From the NCBI GenBank assembly GCA_963741525.1, contig CAVUIW010000002.1, positions 77,284-141,283 of the forward strand: 64,000 bases of DNA, read 5' to 3'. The position numbers were made by a program, and so were the translations under genes. The notes beneath the pieces were generated by a model. That model did not search any database. It saw only the letters and a program-made list of their open reading frames with translations, and was not told where the DNA came from. How positions within the stretch are numbered: position 1 is the first letter of the stretch; the number at the start of each line of letters is the position of its first letter. Source of the DNA: an uncultured Alphaproteobacteria bacterium. GTDB taxonomy: Bacteria > Pseudomonadota > Alphaproteobacteria > Rhizobiales > Hyphomicrobiaceae. Positions 46,101 through 59,310 of this stretch are shown here, in pieces.

Positions 46101-46298
46101 GGTGCGCCCGTCCCAAATGTTGCTGGTCAACCCCGATAATCGGCGAGTTCATCAACGGCGAGCTGCACGGCATGACCAAAGCCAAGCTCGATCTGTCGGT
46201 AATGCTGACGGATTGGGCGGCACTATTCGCCATGCTCGCCAGCCGGGGCGGGCTGCGGTAGTCTACAAGCCAGTCGCGCCCCAACCAGAGACTTTGCC

Positions 46299-46853
46299 GT
46301 GACCACGCAGCCAAAACCGCGCATGACCGTCGACGAGTTCCTGGCTTGGGCCGAGGGCAGACCCGGGAGGCATGAGTTGCACAACGGCCAAATTGTCACG
46401 ATGTCGGCCGAGCGTACTTCACACCTCGAAATGAAGGGGAGAGTGTACCGCTCGCTCTTTGGAACAATTGAAAAGGCGAAGCTACCTTGTCATGTGCTCC
46501 CGGACGGGGCATCGGTGCGGATCTCGGAGACGAGCTGCTACGAGCCTGATGCGTTGGTCTATTGCGGACCAAAAGCGCCGCCCAACACGATCGAGATTGG
46601 CAACCCAGTTGTCGTCGTTGAAGTGACCTCACCCTCGACCGCACAATTCGATGCCGCCCGGAAGCTCGTGGGTTACTTCAAGGTGCCCTCGGTAGTGCAC
46701 TATCTCATCTTCGATCCAGAGGAGCCGCCCGTTGTCCATCATCAGCGGCAATCGGACGGCACAATCCTGACCCGGCTCGTACCGGGTGGAGAAATCCGGC
46801 TTGATCCGCCGGCCCTGGTGCTCGATACGACTAACCTCTATCCGTCAACCTGA
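46299..46853 (+). CDS. Uma2-family (DUF820) PD-(D/E)xK putative endonuclease
   Basis: MTVDEFLAW...HELHNGQIV...YEPDALVY...PVVVVEVTSPST...VHYLIFDP matches the Uma2 pattern. Confidence 0.75.
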   Translation: MTTQPKPRMTVDEFLAWAEGRPGRHELHNGQIVTMSAERTSHLEMKGRVYRSLFGTIEKAKLPCHVLPDGASVRISETSCYEPDALVYCGPKAPPNTIEIGNPVVVVEVTSPSTAQFDAARKLVGYFKVPSVVHYLIFDPEEPPVVHHQRQSDGTILTRLVPGGEIRLDPPALVLDTTNLYPST

Positions 46854-46866
46854 TTGCATCCCCAAA

Positions 46867-48755
46867 ATGGCCCAATCCCCCAAACGCAAGGAAGCCCCGG
46901 TCGAGCCGTTCAAGCGGGCGCTCGCCATTTGCGTGCGCTCGATCGCGGCCGACGACAAGGTCGAGGTATCCTACGCCTCCGGCCCGCCTGCCATGGACGG
47001 CAAGTCGATCAAGCTGCCCGAGCCGCCGCGCATTCCGAGCAAGAACGAGATCGCCGTACTGCGCGGTCAGGCCGACAGCCTGGCGCTGACGGCCGCCTGC
47101 CACGATCCCAAGGTACATTCTCGTCTCGCCCCCGGCTCGGGCCCCGCGCGGGCCGTCTTCGAGGCCGCCGAGCGCGCCCGCATCGAGGCGCTGGGCTCGC
47201 TCCGGATGCCCGGCATGGCCAACAACATCGCCGCCAAGATCGAGAGCCACTACGGCACGCGCTATGCCGATGTTTCGGAGCGCGCGCAGGCCCCACTCGA
47301 GGACGCGCTGGCGCTGCTCGTGCGTGAGCGGCTGACGGGACGCGAACCGCCCAAGGGCGCCAAGAAGCTCGTCGAGCTTTGGCGCGACTTGGATCGAGGA
47401 GCGCGCCGGCGACGTGCTCGACGAGATGGAAACCCTCGCCGAGGACCAGCGGCTGTTCGGCCAGCGGCTTTCGGAAGTCCTGAAGCGCGCTCGACCTCAA
47501 GCCCGAGGATGCCGATGGCGACGGGGAGGGTGACGACGGCGAGCCCGAGGCCGATGCCGATCAGGAAAACTCGGAAGGCTCGGACGAAGGCGAGGACGAG
47601 GCGCAATCGGATCGCGCGAGCCAGCAGGAGATGAGCGAGGGCGAGCAAGGCGAGGACACGGAGATGTCGGAGGAAGGCCAGACAGAGGCCTTCGATGTCG
47701 AGGCCGACGGTCTCGAGGACGCCGACAGCGAGGAGCCGTGGCGGCCGAACTTCTCCGTTCTCGATAACCCGGCGGCCTTCGGCTACAAGGTTTTCTCCAC
47801 CAAGCACGACGAGGAGCTTGCCGCCGAGGATCTCTGCTCGGCCGAGGAGCTCGAGCGGCTGCGCGCGTTCCTCGACAAGGAGCTGAAGGCGCTTTCGGGC
47901 GCGGTCGCGCGGCTCGCCAACCGCCTGCAGCGCAAGCTGCTCGCCCAGCAGAATCGCGCCTGGGACTTCGATCTCGAGGAGGGCACGCTCGACGCGGCCC
48001 GCCTGACCCGCATCATCACCGATCCGATGCATGCGCTCTCCTTCAAGCACGAGCGCGACACCGATTTCCGCGACACCGTCGTGACGCTGCTGCTCGACAA
48101 TTCGGGCTCGATGCGCGGCCGGCCGATCATGGTCGCCGCCTGCTGCGCGGAGATCCTAGCGCGCACGCTCGAGCGCTGCGGCGTCAAGGTCGAGATTCTC
48201 GGTTTCACGACGCGGGCTTGGAAGGGTGGTCAGGCGCGCGAGGAATGGCTCGCCAAGGGCAAGCCTGCCAGCCCCGGCCGTCTCAACGATCTCCGCCACA
48301 TCGTCTACAAGACGGCGGATAGTCCCTGGCGGCGGGCGCGGCGCAATCTCGCCCTCATGATGCGCGAGGGGCTGCTCAAGGAGAACATCGACGGCGAGGC
48401 GCTGACCTGGGCGCACAAGCGCTTGCTCGGCCGGCCCGAGCAGCGGCGCATTCTAATGATGATCTCCGACGGCGCGCCGGTCGATGATTCCACCCTTTCG
48501 GTCAACTCCGGCTCCTATCTCGAGCATCACTTGCGGCAGGTCATCCACGAAATCGAGAACCGCTCGCCGGTCGAGCTCATCGCCATCGGCATCGGCCATG
48601 ACGTCACGCGCTATTATCGCCGCGCCGTCACCATTACGGATCCTTCCGAGCTCGCCGGCGCCATGACCGACAAGCTCGTCGAGCTGTTCGAGGAGAAGGC
48701 GCCGGCCAAGAAGCCCGTATCGGCGCCGCCGCGCCGGGCCAAAGCCAAGAAGTAG
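46867..48755 (+). pseudogene. cobT: Cobaltochelatase subunit CobT-type vWA protein, read through three frames (two +1 shifts)
   Basis: Frame 1 reads MAQSPKRKEAPVEPFKRAL...KKLVELWRD. Frame 2 reads [34 protein letters not shown]. Frame 3 reads [16 protein letters not shown]...MSEGEQGED...[12 protein letters not shown] (vWA MIDAS) through to the end. The breaks lie near 47386-47392 and 47487-47495. Confidence 0.8.
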
Positions 48756-48770
48756 CCGCCATTTTCTGGA

Positions 48771-49829
48771 ATGCTCGAAACGATGCGATCGCCAACGATC
48801 AAGCTCGCGCGAATGGTGGCGACCGGCGTGGCCGTGTCGCTGGGACTATTGACGCCTGTCGCGGTCGAGGCCGGCAAACCGAACATCGTCAGTCTCGTCG
48901 ATGGCGCCATCGAGATCACAGCCTCGCCGATCAACTCGTTCGACGGCGGCTCTGCGGCCCGCTTCGGCCGGTTCGACTGGCGCGGCGGATTGAAACTCAC
49001 CTCCGCCTCCGATTATTTTGGCGGCTTCTCCGGGCTGGCAGTCATCGACAAAGGACGCGTGCTGGTCACGGTCTCGGACGCTGGCTTCTGGATGACGGCC
49101 CGGCTCGCCTATGCCGACGGGCGGCTGAGCGGCCTCGAGAGCGGCCGTGTCGGGCCACTCCGGGCGCTCAAGGGCAAAGTGCTCGAGCGGCGAAGAGATC
49201 GCGATGCGGAGTCCATTGGCGTCATCTCCAGCAACGGCGCATCCGCCGGGCTCATCATCGGTTTCGAGAACAATGCGCGGGTTGGCCGGTTCGACCTCAG
49301 GCCGGAAGGAGTGTCGCCGCCCAGCGCCTATGTCGATCTGCCCAAGGCCATGGGAGCACTCAGGAGCAACAACGGCATCGAGTCGATCGCCCGGCTCGAT
49401 GCGGGGCCGCTATCCGGCAGCTATGTCGCTTTCGCGGAAACCAAAACCGACGACAGCGGCAAACGCGTCGGGTGGGTATTTTCCGGCAAATCGAGCCGGA
49501 CCCTCAAGCTCGCGCCGATCGGCAACTATGACATCTCGGATATCGCCGCGATGCCGGATGGCGGAATTCTCGTCCTCGAGCGGCGGTTCCGCTGGTCGGA
49601 AGGGATCAATATCCGAATCCGCCGCGTCTCGCCAAAGGCCCTGCAGGACAGCAGCCCGATCCTGGGGGAAACGTTGTTCGAGGCGGGCTCCGGCACGGTC
49701 CTCGACAACATGGAGGGGATCGCCGTGCACCGCTCGGAAGCGGGCGAAACGATCGTGACCCTCATCTCGGACGACAATTTCAACTTCTTCCAGTCGACGG
49801 TGCTTCTGCAATTCGCTCTCGTCGAGTGA
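48771..49829 (+). CDS. Secreted esterase-like-activity-of-phytase family protein
   Basis: Signal peptide, then FGGFSGL, DAESI, GMEGIAV and LISDDNFN motifs. Confidence 0.55.
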   Translation: MLETMRSPTIKLARMVATGVAVSLGLLTPVAVEAGKPNIVSLVDGAIEITASPINSFDGGSAARFGRFDWRGGLKLTSASDYFGGFSGLAVIDKGRVLVTVSDAGFWMTARLAYADGRLSGLESGRVGPLRALKGKVLERRRDRDAESIGVISSNGASAGLIIGFENNARVGRFDLRPEGVSPPSAYVDLPKAMGALRSNNGIESIARLDAGPLSGSYVAFAETKTDDSGKRVGWVFSGKSSRTLKLAPIGNYDISDIAAMPDGGILVLERRFRWSEGINIRIRRVSPKALQDSSPILGETLFEAGSGTVLDNMEGIAVHRSEAGETIVTLISDDNFNFFQSTVLLQFALVE

Positions 49830-49964
49830 CGGTTTCGAGCGCGGTGAATATTTCGCAAACGCCAATCTTCGCGCTCAACTTTTCCGCGTAAGCCTAACGG
49901 GATGTGAAGTCTTTCCTGTTATGGTCCCGGCTAATCAGTGCCAAAAGAGCCGCCGGGGTGGGGT

Positions 49965-50783
49965 ATGCGCGTAGGGGTGAAAGCCGGTCTTGGATTGTCG
50001 ATGCTGGTCGCCTTCGCGGCGCCGGCCTCGGCCAAGGAATGCGTCGAGCCTTATGGCGAGCTCGTGCAGGTGAGCGAATTCGAGACGGTCGTCCGCGTCA
50101 AGCCCGAGTGCGAGGCCATGCAGCGCGCCGCCATCGCCACCAGAACTGGCCAGAAGCCGACCGAGATTACGCTCGGTTCCTCGATGGTCCTCGGCGAGAT
50201 GACCAAGTCGAAAGCGTCGCTCTTGCCGGCCCTGCCCGAGAGCGGTGAACTCTCCGTGAGCCGCCGCCCGGCCAGGCGCACGGTCTCGTGCAGCGATCCC
50301 GCTGTTTGCGGCCGCAGCCGCGTTGCCGTCGTCAAGAAAGCCTTCGATTGCGAGGGTGGTCGGGGCTATCTGACCGGCACCTCAACCGCCGTGACCGAGG
50401 TCATGATCGCCGACCAGTGCCGGCATCTGATGAATCCGAAGGGTTCGGTCGTGACGTCGACTGTACCCAGTGTCTTGGCGCCCGATTGGGAGCTTGATCA
50501 GACCCCGGAGCCGAAGACGCAAGTGCGCCGCGGCCGCAGTCAGCAGAACAGCTGCGCTCAAGGCGGCGATTGCCAGGGAACTGGTGTGGCACCGCAAGGC
50601 GACAACGCCAGTCCGACGCCGGCCGAGCAGCCAACGTCCGGTGGGTTCATCGACCCGGTTCAGGCAGGTGTGGATCTGGTCGAGTGGCGTGCCGCCAATC
50701 TCTATCTCGGCGGAGAGTTCAAGCTCATCGCGACGCGCAGCCGACGCTATCATCCCGCGGCTCGTCCGGCGTTGATCGGTTAA
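49965..50783 (+). CDS. Secreted Cys-rich hypothetical protein
   Basis: Signal peptide MRVGVKAGLGLSMLVAFAAPASA. There are 10 Cys after the predicted cleavage site. Confidence 0.45.
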   Translation: MRVGVKAGLGLSMLVAFAAPASAKECVEPYGELVQVSEFETVVRVKPECEAMQRAAIATRTGQKPTEITLGSSMVLGEMTKSKASLLPALPESGELSVSRRPARRTVSCSDPAVCGRSRVAVVKKAFDCEGGRGYLTGTSTAVTEVMIADQCRHLMNPKGSVVTSTVPSVLAPDWELDQTPEPKTQVRRGRSQQNSCAQGGDCQGTGVAPQGDNASPTPAEQPTSGGFIDPVQAGVDLVEWRAANLYLGGEFKLIATRSRRYHPAARPALIG

Positions 50784-50789
50784 CGCGAC

Positions 50790-51083
50790 TTAAGAGGCGG
50801 CAACAACGGCCTTCTTCGCGATTTCGCGCTTGAGCTTCAGAGCCCGCGGCGACAGCTCGTCGGCCTTGGCCTTGGCAAGAAATGCGTCTAGGCCACCCCG
50901 ATGCTCGACGGTCCTCAGTGCATGGGCAGTGATACGAAGGCTGACCGACTTGCCCAGAGAATCAGAAATCAGCGTCACGTTGCAGAGATTGGGCTCCCAA
51001 CGGCGGCGGGTCTTGTTGTTGGCGTGACTGACCAGGTTACCGTACTGGGCATCACGTCCGGTCAGCTCGCAACGGCGCGACAT
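50790..51083 (-). CDS. rpmB: 50S ribosomal protein L28
   Basis: [33 protein letters not shown]. Confidence 0.92.
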   Translation of the reverse strand: MSRRCELTGRDAQYGNLVSHANNKTRRRWEPNLCNVTLISDSLGKSVSLRITAHALRTVEHRGGLDAFLAKAKADELSPRALKLKREIAKKAVVAAS

Positions 51084-51381
51084 GGCAATGGCTCCCGCCT
51101 GAATGAGTTCGCTCGAAATCGGGTATTCCGTCCCCCGCGCCGGCAGGGCCGCCTGAAGCAGCCGCCCGAGCCGATGGGCGAACATCTATAGTGAAAGCCG
51201 TGCCCCGACGTCAAGCCGTTCGAGCTCCGGCCCGAGCGTGCGTTCCGCCAGCGATGCCGTGTTTACCTGCCATCAATCCTTGGGTCAGCGACCGCTTGCC
51301 GGTGACCGAAGTCATACTTATATCAAACGTCGTTCAATAAAGGATGCTCGCGCCAGTTAAGATCGTTTGCGGAGTTAAGCC

Positions 51382-52398
51382 ATGGCAGTTGTCGCGTTCA
51401 AAGCCCAAGAGGCCGTCCACCGGCCGGCCATTCCGGTTTACAACGTCGACCCGGAGTTGGCCCTTTCGACGCTCCGCGCTGATCCAGGCCGGGCCCGCGC
51501 CCTGCTCGATGCGGCGGCTGGCCATACGCCCGAACTGCTGCTGCGCCTGGCCGACCGCATCTCGCGGCAGTGGCTCGCCCGGTCTGAAAACCTCTATCTC
51601 AATGAAATCGACGCCATGGCCCGAGAGCTCGGGCGCCCGGGCGGGCATTTCTTCAACGTCCACTACGAGTGGGGCTGTACGACCGGCGTGAAACCCGCGA
51701 CGGGAGGCGGCAGCGCCCGGCTCGTGCGCGTGCTCGACTGGCGCACGCCCGGCCTCGGCCGCCATGTCATGGCCGCGCGCGTCGATGGCGGCGCCGGACC
51801 TTGGGTGACGCTGACCTGGCCGGGCTTCGCCGGCGTCCTGCAGGCAAGTGCGCCAGGCCGGTTTTCGGCGGCCCTCAATCAGGCGCCGATGGAAATGCCC
51901 GTCGGCGTCATGCCGGCCGATTGGGCGGTCAATCGCACGCGTGTCTGGCGCAAGACCTATCTGCCGCCGGCCCATCTGTTGCGCCGCGTGTTCGAGGAAG
52001 CCCGGAGCTATGCCGAGGCGCTCGCGATGTTGACCGAGACGCCGGTCTCGGTGCCGACCATTTACACGTTGGCTGGATTGGAGGCGGGCGAGGGCGCCAT
52101 CATCGAGCGGCGCGAGACGTCCGCGCGCGTGCATGAAGGCAGCATCTGCACGGCGAATGCCTGGACCGCCGACGATTGGACCGGCCGTCCGCGCGGGAAG
52201 GAGAATGCCGAGCGTGTCGCGATGCTGCGCGGCATCGCTGGCGAAATCGGCGATGATCTCCGCTGGCTGAAGTCGCCGGTCCTCAACGACACGACGCGCC
52301 TTGTCATGGTCGCCGATGCCAAGGAAGGCTGGATCGTCGCGCAAGGCTATGAGGCGGATGGGCCGGCGACGGAGGAGCTGAGGGTGAGGTGCCACTGA
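51382..52398 (+). CDS. Possible C45-type Ntn (autoproteolytic Gly-Cys) acyltransferase/hydrolase
   Basis: The YEWGCTTG motif resembles the Gly/Cys-Thr-Thr self-cleavage site of the C45 family. The rest was not recognised. Confidence 0.4.
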   Translation: MAVVAFKAQEAVHRPAIPVYNVDPELALSTLRADPGRARALLDAAAGHTPELLLRLADRISRQWLARSENLYLNEIDAMARELGRPGGHFFNVHYEWGCTTGVKPATGGGSARLVRVLDWRTPGLGRHVMAARVDGGAGPWVTLTWPGFAGVLQASAPGRFSAALNQAPMEMPVGVMPADWAVNRTRVWRKTYLPPAHLLRRVFEEARSYAEALAMLTETPVSVPTIYTLAGLEAGEGAIIERRETSARVHEGSICTANAWTADDWTGRPRGKENAERVAMLRGIAGEIGDDLRWLKSPVLNDTTRLVMVADAKEGWIVAQGYEADGPATEELRVRCH

Positions 52399-52659
52399 GG
52401 ACATCTCGACGGAGCAGTTTCGCAACAAGAGCCTACTCGCGGATCACCTCGCGATCAGTCACGGCCGAACGCTCCACTGCGGCAAACAGGATGTGGGCCG
52501 TTTGTTGCGTGGGCTAGGGGCCTATGCTAGACGGAGCCCGACTTTCCGGGGATTTGGGCGGTTTTTCCGCCTGCCTTCACGAAATGCACAGGGTTTTCAA
52601 CAACCTGGCTGTTCGCCGCACGCGGCGAGCGCCATCTGGCAGGGCGAGAGCATTGCATC

Positions 52660-53219
52660 GTGGCTGGTGACGACTCAATCGTATCTGGAGCAGCCGGCCG
52701 CTATGCGACCGCCCTGTTCGATCTGGCGAAGGACGAGGGCGCGCTCGACGCCGTCGCCGCCGACCTCAATCGCTTCGACGGCATGCTCGCCGAGAGCAAG
52801 GATCTGGAGCGGCTCGTCCGCAGCCCCGTCTTCTCCGCCGACGACCAAGGGCGCGCGTTGACCTCGCTGCTCTCAAAAGCCGGCATGTCGCCGCTCGCCG
52901 TCAATTTCTTCAAGCTGCTGGCCGCCAACCGGCGGCTTTTTGTTGTCCGCGACGTCATCAAGGGCTTCCGGGCGCTGCTCGCCCGCGAGCGCGGCGAGGT
53001 TACTGCCGAGGTGACGTCCGCGCATGCGCTCTCCGATCAGCAGCTCTCCGAGCTCAAGTCCGCGCTCAAGGCCACCGCCGGCCGCGAGGTCCGCGTCGAG
53101 ACGAGTGTCGACCCGTCGATCCTCGGCGGCCTCGTCGTCAAGCTCGGCAGCCGCATGATCGATTCATCGCTCAAAACCAAGCTCAACAATCTCAAGTTCG
53201 CCATGAAAGAGGTCCGCTG

Positions 53220-53220
<1 letters not shown>
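52660..53220 (+). CDS. atpH: F1 ATP synthase subunit delta (OSCP)
   Basis: [11 protein letters not shown]... 186 aa, with a 1-nt overlap with atpA. Confidence 0.9.
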
Positions 53221-54752
<1,532 letters not shown>

Positions 54753-54772
54753 GCCTCCAAGGATTTGCAATT

Positions 54773-55186
54773 GTGACCTCGACCCGTCCACCCGATTACG
54801 GCATGCCCATCGCTCTCGGCGATGCGCTGCGTGTTGTCGCGGCCGCGGAAGTGCAGGCACGCAAGATGGATCTTCAGGTCACGGTCGCCATCGTCGATCC
54901 GGGCGGACATCTCGTGTGTCTGCATCGTATCGACAACTGCCAGTTCGGCAGTGTCGAGGTGGCGGAGGAGAAGGCCCGCACAGCGGCGGCCTTCAGACGC
55001 CCGACGAAAGTTTTTCAGGATGCGCTCGCGCAGTCGCCGCGCGTGCTGGCGCTGCCGGGAATGCCGATCGACGGCGGTCTACCGATCATCGTCGGCGGCA
55101 AGATCGCTGGTGGTATCGGGGTTTCGGGCGCGAAGTCGGAAGAAGATGCCATCATCGCCGAGGCGGGCCTCAAGGCGCTGAGTTGA
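54773..55186 (+). CDS. GlcG/HbpS-like (DUF336) heme-binding-type protein inserted between atpA and atpG
   Basis: [20 protein letters not shown]...[13 protein letters not shown]...[20 protein letters not shown]. The start is GTG 54773 or ATG 54803. Confidence 0.7.
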   Translation: MTSTRPPDYGMPIALGDALRVVAAAEVQARKMDLQVTVAIVDPGGHLVCLHRIDNCQFGSVEVAEEKARTAAAFRRPTKVFQDALAQSPRVLALPGMPIDGGLPIIVGGKIAGGIGVSGAKSEEDAIIAEAGLKALS

Positions 55187-55223
55187 GAAACAGGTCGAAC
55201 GCCGAGCAGTCGGGAAGAGCGGA

Positions 55224-56114
55224 ATGCCGAGCTTAAAAGACCTACGCAATCGCATCGCCTCCGTGAAGGCGACGCAGAAGATCACCAAGGCCATGCAGAT
55301 GGTGGCCGCGGCGAAGCTTCGCCGCGCGCAAGAGGCGGCGACCGCCGCGCGTCCCTATGCCGAGCGCATGGGGCGCGTGCTCACGAACCTGGGCACGAGC
55401 GTAGCCGATCCGGCCGGCGCATCGCCCATCCTCGTCGGTACCGGCAAGGAACAAGTGCATCTCCTCATCGTCTGCACGGCCGATCGCGGCCTGTGCGGTG
55501 CGTTCAACACCAATATCGTGCGGCTTGCCCGTGAGCATGCGCGCCGGCTTGTTGCCGATGGCAAGACGGTCAGGATATTCACCGTCGGCCGGAAGGGCCA
55601 GGATCAGCTGAAGCGCGATCTGTCCCGTAACCTCGTCGAGAGCGTCGAGCTCAAGGACGTGAAGCGCGTCGCCTTCGAGAATGCCAAGGCGATCGCCGAC
55701 AGGGTGCTCGCCATGTTCCAAGCCGGCGAGTTCGACGTGGCGACGCTGTTCTACGCCGAGTTCAAGTCCGTCATGACGCAGAAGCCGACGGCGCTGCAGC
55801 TCATCCCGGCGCGCGTCGCCGCGGGCGAGAGCGCGGCGGCCGGCCAGACCATCGCCGTCGCGGCGCCCGAGTACGAGCCGGAGGAGGGCGAGATCCTCGA
55901 CTACCTGCTGCCGCTCAACATCTCGACGCAGATTTTCCGTGCGCTGCTCGAGAACGCGGCCTCCGAGCAGGGCAGCCGCATGTCGGCGATGGACAATGCG
56001 ACCCGCAACGCCGGCGACATGATCAACAAGCTCACCATCACCTACAACCGCTCGCGCCAGGCGCAGATCACCAAGGAGCTGATCGAGATCATATCGGGTG
56101 CGGAGGCGGTGTAG
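55224..56114 (+). CDS. atpG: F1 ATP synthase subunit gamma
   Basis: [36 protein letters not shown] ... [15 protein letters not shown]. Confidence 0.95.
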   Translation: MPSLKDLRNRIASVKATQKITKAMQMVAAAKLRRAQEAATAARPYAERMGRVLTNLGTSVADPAGASPILVGTGKEQVHLLIVCTADRGLCGAFNTNIVRLAREHARRLVADGKTVRIFTVGRKGQDQLKRDLSRNLVESVELKDVKRVAFENAKAIADRVLAMFQAGEFDVATLFYAEFKSVMTQKPTALQLIPARVAAGESAAAGQTIAVAAPEYEPEEGEILDYLLPLNISTQIFRALLENAASEQGSRMSAMDNATRNAGDMINKLTITYNRSRQAQITKELIEIISGAEAV

Positions 56115-56119
56115 ACGGG

Positions 56120-56428
56120 TTGAGAAGTCAGTTTAGTCAAGGGAGACTGCGAGCCGTGCGAACGAACATCCTGATATGTGTAGTGTTCGCAACATCGTTA
56201 GCTGGTCGCGACTACTTCACCAGCAGTGGGCCGTCTTCGGAACAGAAGACAAGCGCACTGAAGGGTTTTGGAGGGGGGCAAGCAGAGAGATTGTCGTGCA
56301 CGAGCGCCGGTGAAGGCAAGTTTCTCGGCAAGGTGAACGTTGTCGGCGCTCTTGCAGGTTTCAATGGCAACCGCGATATATGCTTTCAGTTAAACGGCTC
56401 AGGGTGGTCGCCGTTGCCCTTCTGCTAA
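56120..56428 (+). CDS. Small hypothetical, possibly secreted, Cys-containing protein (lower GC)
   Basis: The GTG at 56156 is preceded by GGGAGA and gives VRTNILICVVFATSLAG..., which looks like a signal peptide. Support is weak. Confidence 0.3.
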   Translation: MRSQFSQGRLRAVRTNILICVVFATSLAGRDYFTSSGPSSEQKTSALKGFGGGQAERLSCTSAGEGKFLGKVNVVGALAGFNGNRDICFQLNGSGWSPLPFC

Positions 56429-56446
56429 ATTGGTGCGGCAACCGGA

Positions 56447-56680
56447 GTGTGCATCATGACGGCGCTGGGATTTGGGGAAACGGAGCAGGCTGGTTTGTCG
56501 GTCAATCCAGAGCGTTTGGTCGGTCAAGTCAGGCGAATTGCAGGCGTGGGGCCGGCTTATTCGGTCGTCAGGCTCGTCGGCACGTCGAAAGCTTTAATCC
56601 ACGTGTTCCAGTCCGGGGAAGAAGTGGAGCTTGAGGTCGCGGATATCTTGAAGGACCCAATCACGGAGACTATCCCCTAG
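56447..56680 (+). CDS. Small hypothetical protein upstream of vapD
   Basis: 77-aa ORF (or 74 aa from ATG 56456). Its TAG stop lies inside the CTAG terminus of the palindromic element. Confidence 0.4.
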   Translation: MCIMTALGFGETEQAGLSVNPERLVGQVRRIAGVGPAYSVVRLVGTSKALIHVFQSGEEVELEVADILKDPITETIP

Positions 56681-56845
56681 TGTCCCGATCGCGAAGTTCG
56701 TCTCTGTCTGCAGCAGGCTCCGTGCGAACTTCGCGATCGATAAGGACACTAGGCAAGTCAATAGCTTAGTGTGGCGTCATGTTCGCAAGTCCGCTCGATG
56801 AGCAAGCAGCAAGGAATGAAGCGGACTTGCGAACCGCCACACTAG
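56677..56845. mobile_element. Composite two-hairpin element, copy iii, with the same outer stems as copies i/ii but different inner arms
   Basis: Hairpin Y is ctagtgtcc-cgatcgcgaagttcg...cgaacttcgcgatcg-ataa-ggacactag (56677-56752). Hairpin X is ttagtgtggcg-tcat-gttcgcaagtccgct...agcggacttgcgaac-cgccacactag (56766-56845). Confidence 0.7.
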
Positions 56846-56854
56846 CGAGACACC

Positions 56855-58632
<1,778 letters not shown>

Positions 58633-58654
58633 CTCAAGCGAGGCAAGTGAGCCG

Positions 58655-58915
58655 ATGGCAACCTCGAACACGGCGGGCGGAGCCAAGGGCTTCGGCTCCT
58701 GCTGCCGCGACTTGAACGAGGTGCTCGGCGCCGAGGACTTCGAGCCGCTGCTCTATGTCGGCGACGACGGCGTGCTCTACATGTCCGTCGGTGTCGTCGA
58801 CATGGAGAGCGAGGACGAAAGCGGCTTCCTCGATCATCCGATTTACCACTGCCCCTTCTGCGGCACGCGCGTGCAGACGGCGGAAGAGGTCGAAGCGAAG
58901 GCGGTTGAAGAATGA
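58655..58915 (+). CDS. Small acidic Cys-rich (CC...CPFC) protein between atpD and atpC
   Basis: 86 aa, starting 22 nt after the atpD stop. Its TGA overlaps the atpC ATG (ATGA). GC content matches the host. It ends in HCPFCGTRV, which resembles a zinc-ribbon knuckle. Confidence 0.55.
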   Translation: MATSNTAGGAKGFGSCCRDLNEVLGAEDFEPLLYVGDDGVLYMSVGVVDMESEDESGFLDHPIYHCPFCGTRVQTAEEVEAKAVEE

Positions 58916-59307
58916 CGACGTTCAAATTCGAGCTGGTTTCGCCCGAGCGGCTACTGCTGTCGGAGGATGTCGAGCAGGTCGTCGTGCCGGGCTCCGAGGG
59001 CGATTTCACGGTGCTCGCCGGTCACGCGCCAGTGCTCTCGACGCTGCGCCCCGGCGTCATGGACGTGAAGCTGCCGGGCGGCAAGGCGAAGCGCCTCTAT
59101 GTGAAGGCGGGCTTCGCCGAGGTCGATCCTTCGAGCCTGACCGTGCTCGCCCAGCAGGCGATCGATGTCGACGACATCGACGCTCAATGGCTCGCCCAGT
59201 CGATCAAGAACGCGGAAGAGGACCTGGCCGACGCCAAGACGGATGCCGCGCGGCTGAACGCGAACTCGGCGCTGTCGCATCTGCGGGCGTTGGAAGCGGC
59301 GAAGTAA
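58912..59307 (+). CDS. atpC: F1 ATP synthase subunit epsilon
   Basis: FKFELVSPERLLLSEDVEQVVVPGSEGDFTVLAGHAP. Confidence 0.93.
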   Translation: MTTFKFELVSPERLLLSEDVEQVVVPGSEGDFTVLAGHAPVLSTLRPGVMDVKLPGGKAKRLYVKAGFAEVDPSSLTVLAQQAIDVDDIDAQWLAQSIKNAEEDLADAKTDAARLNANSALSHLRALEAAK

Positions 59308-59310
59308 GAC

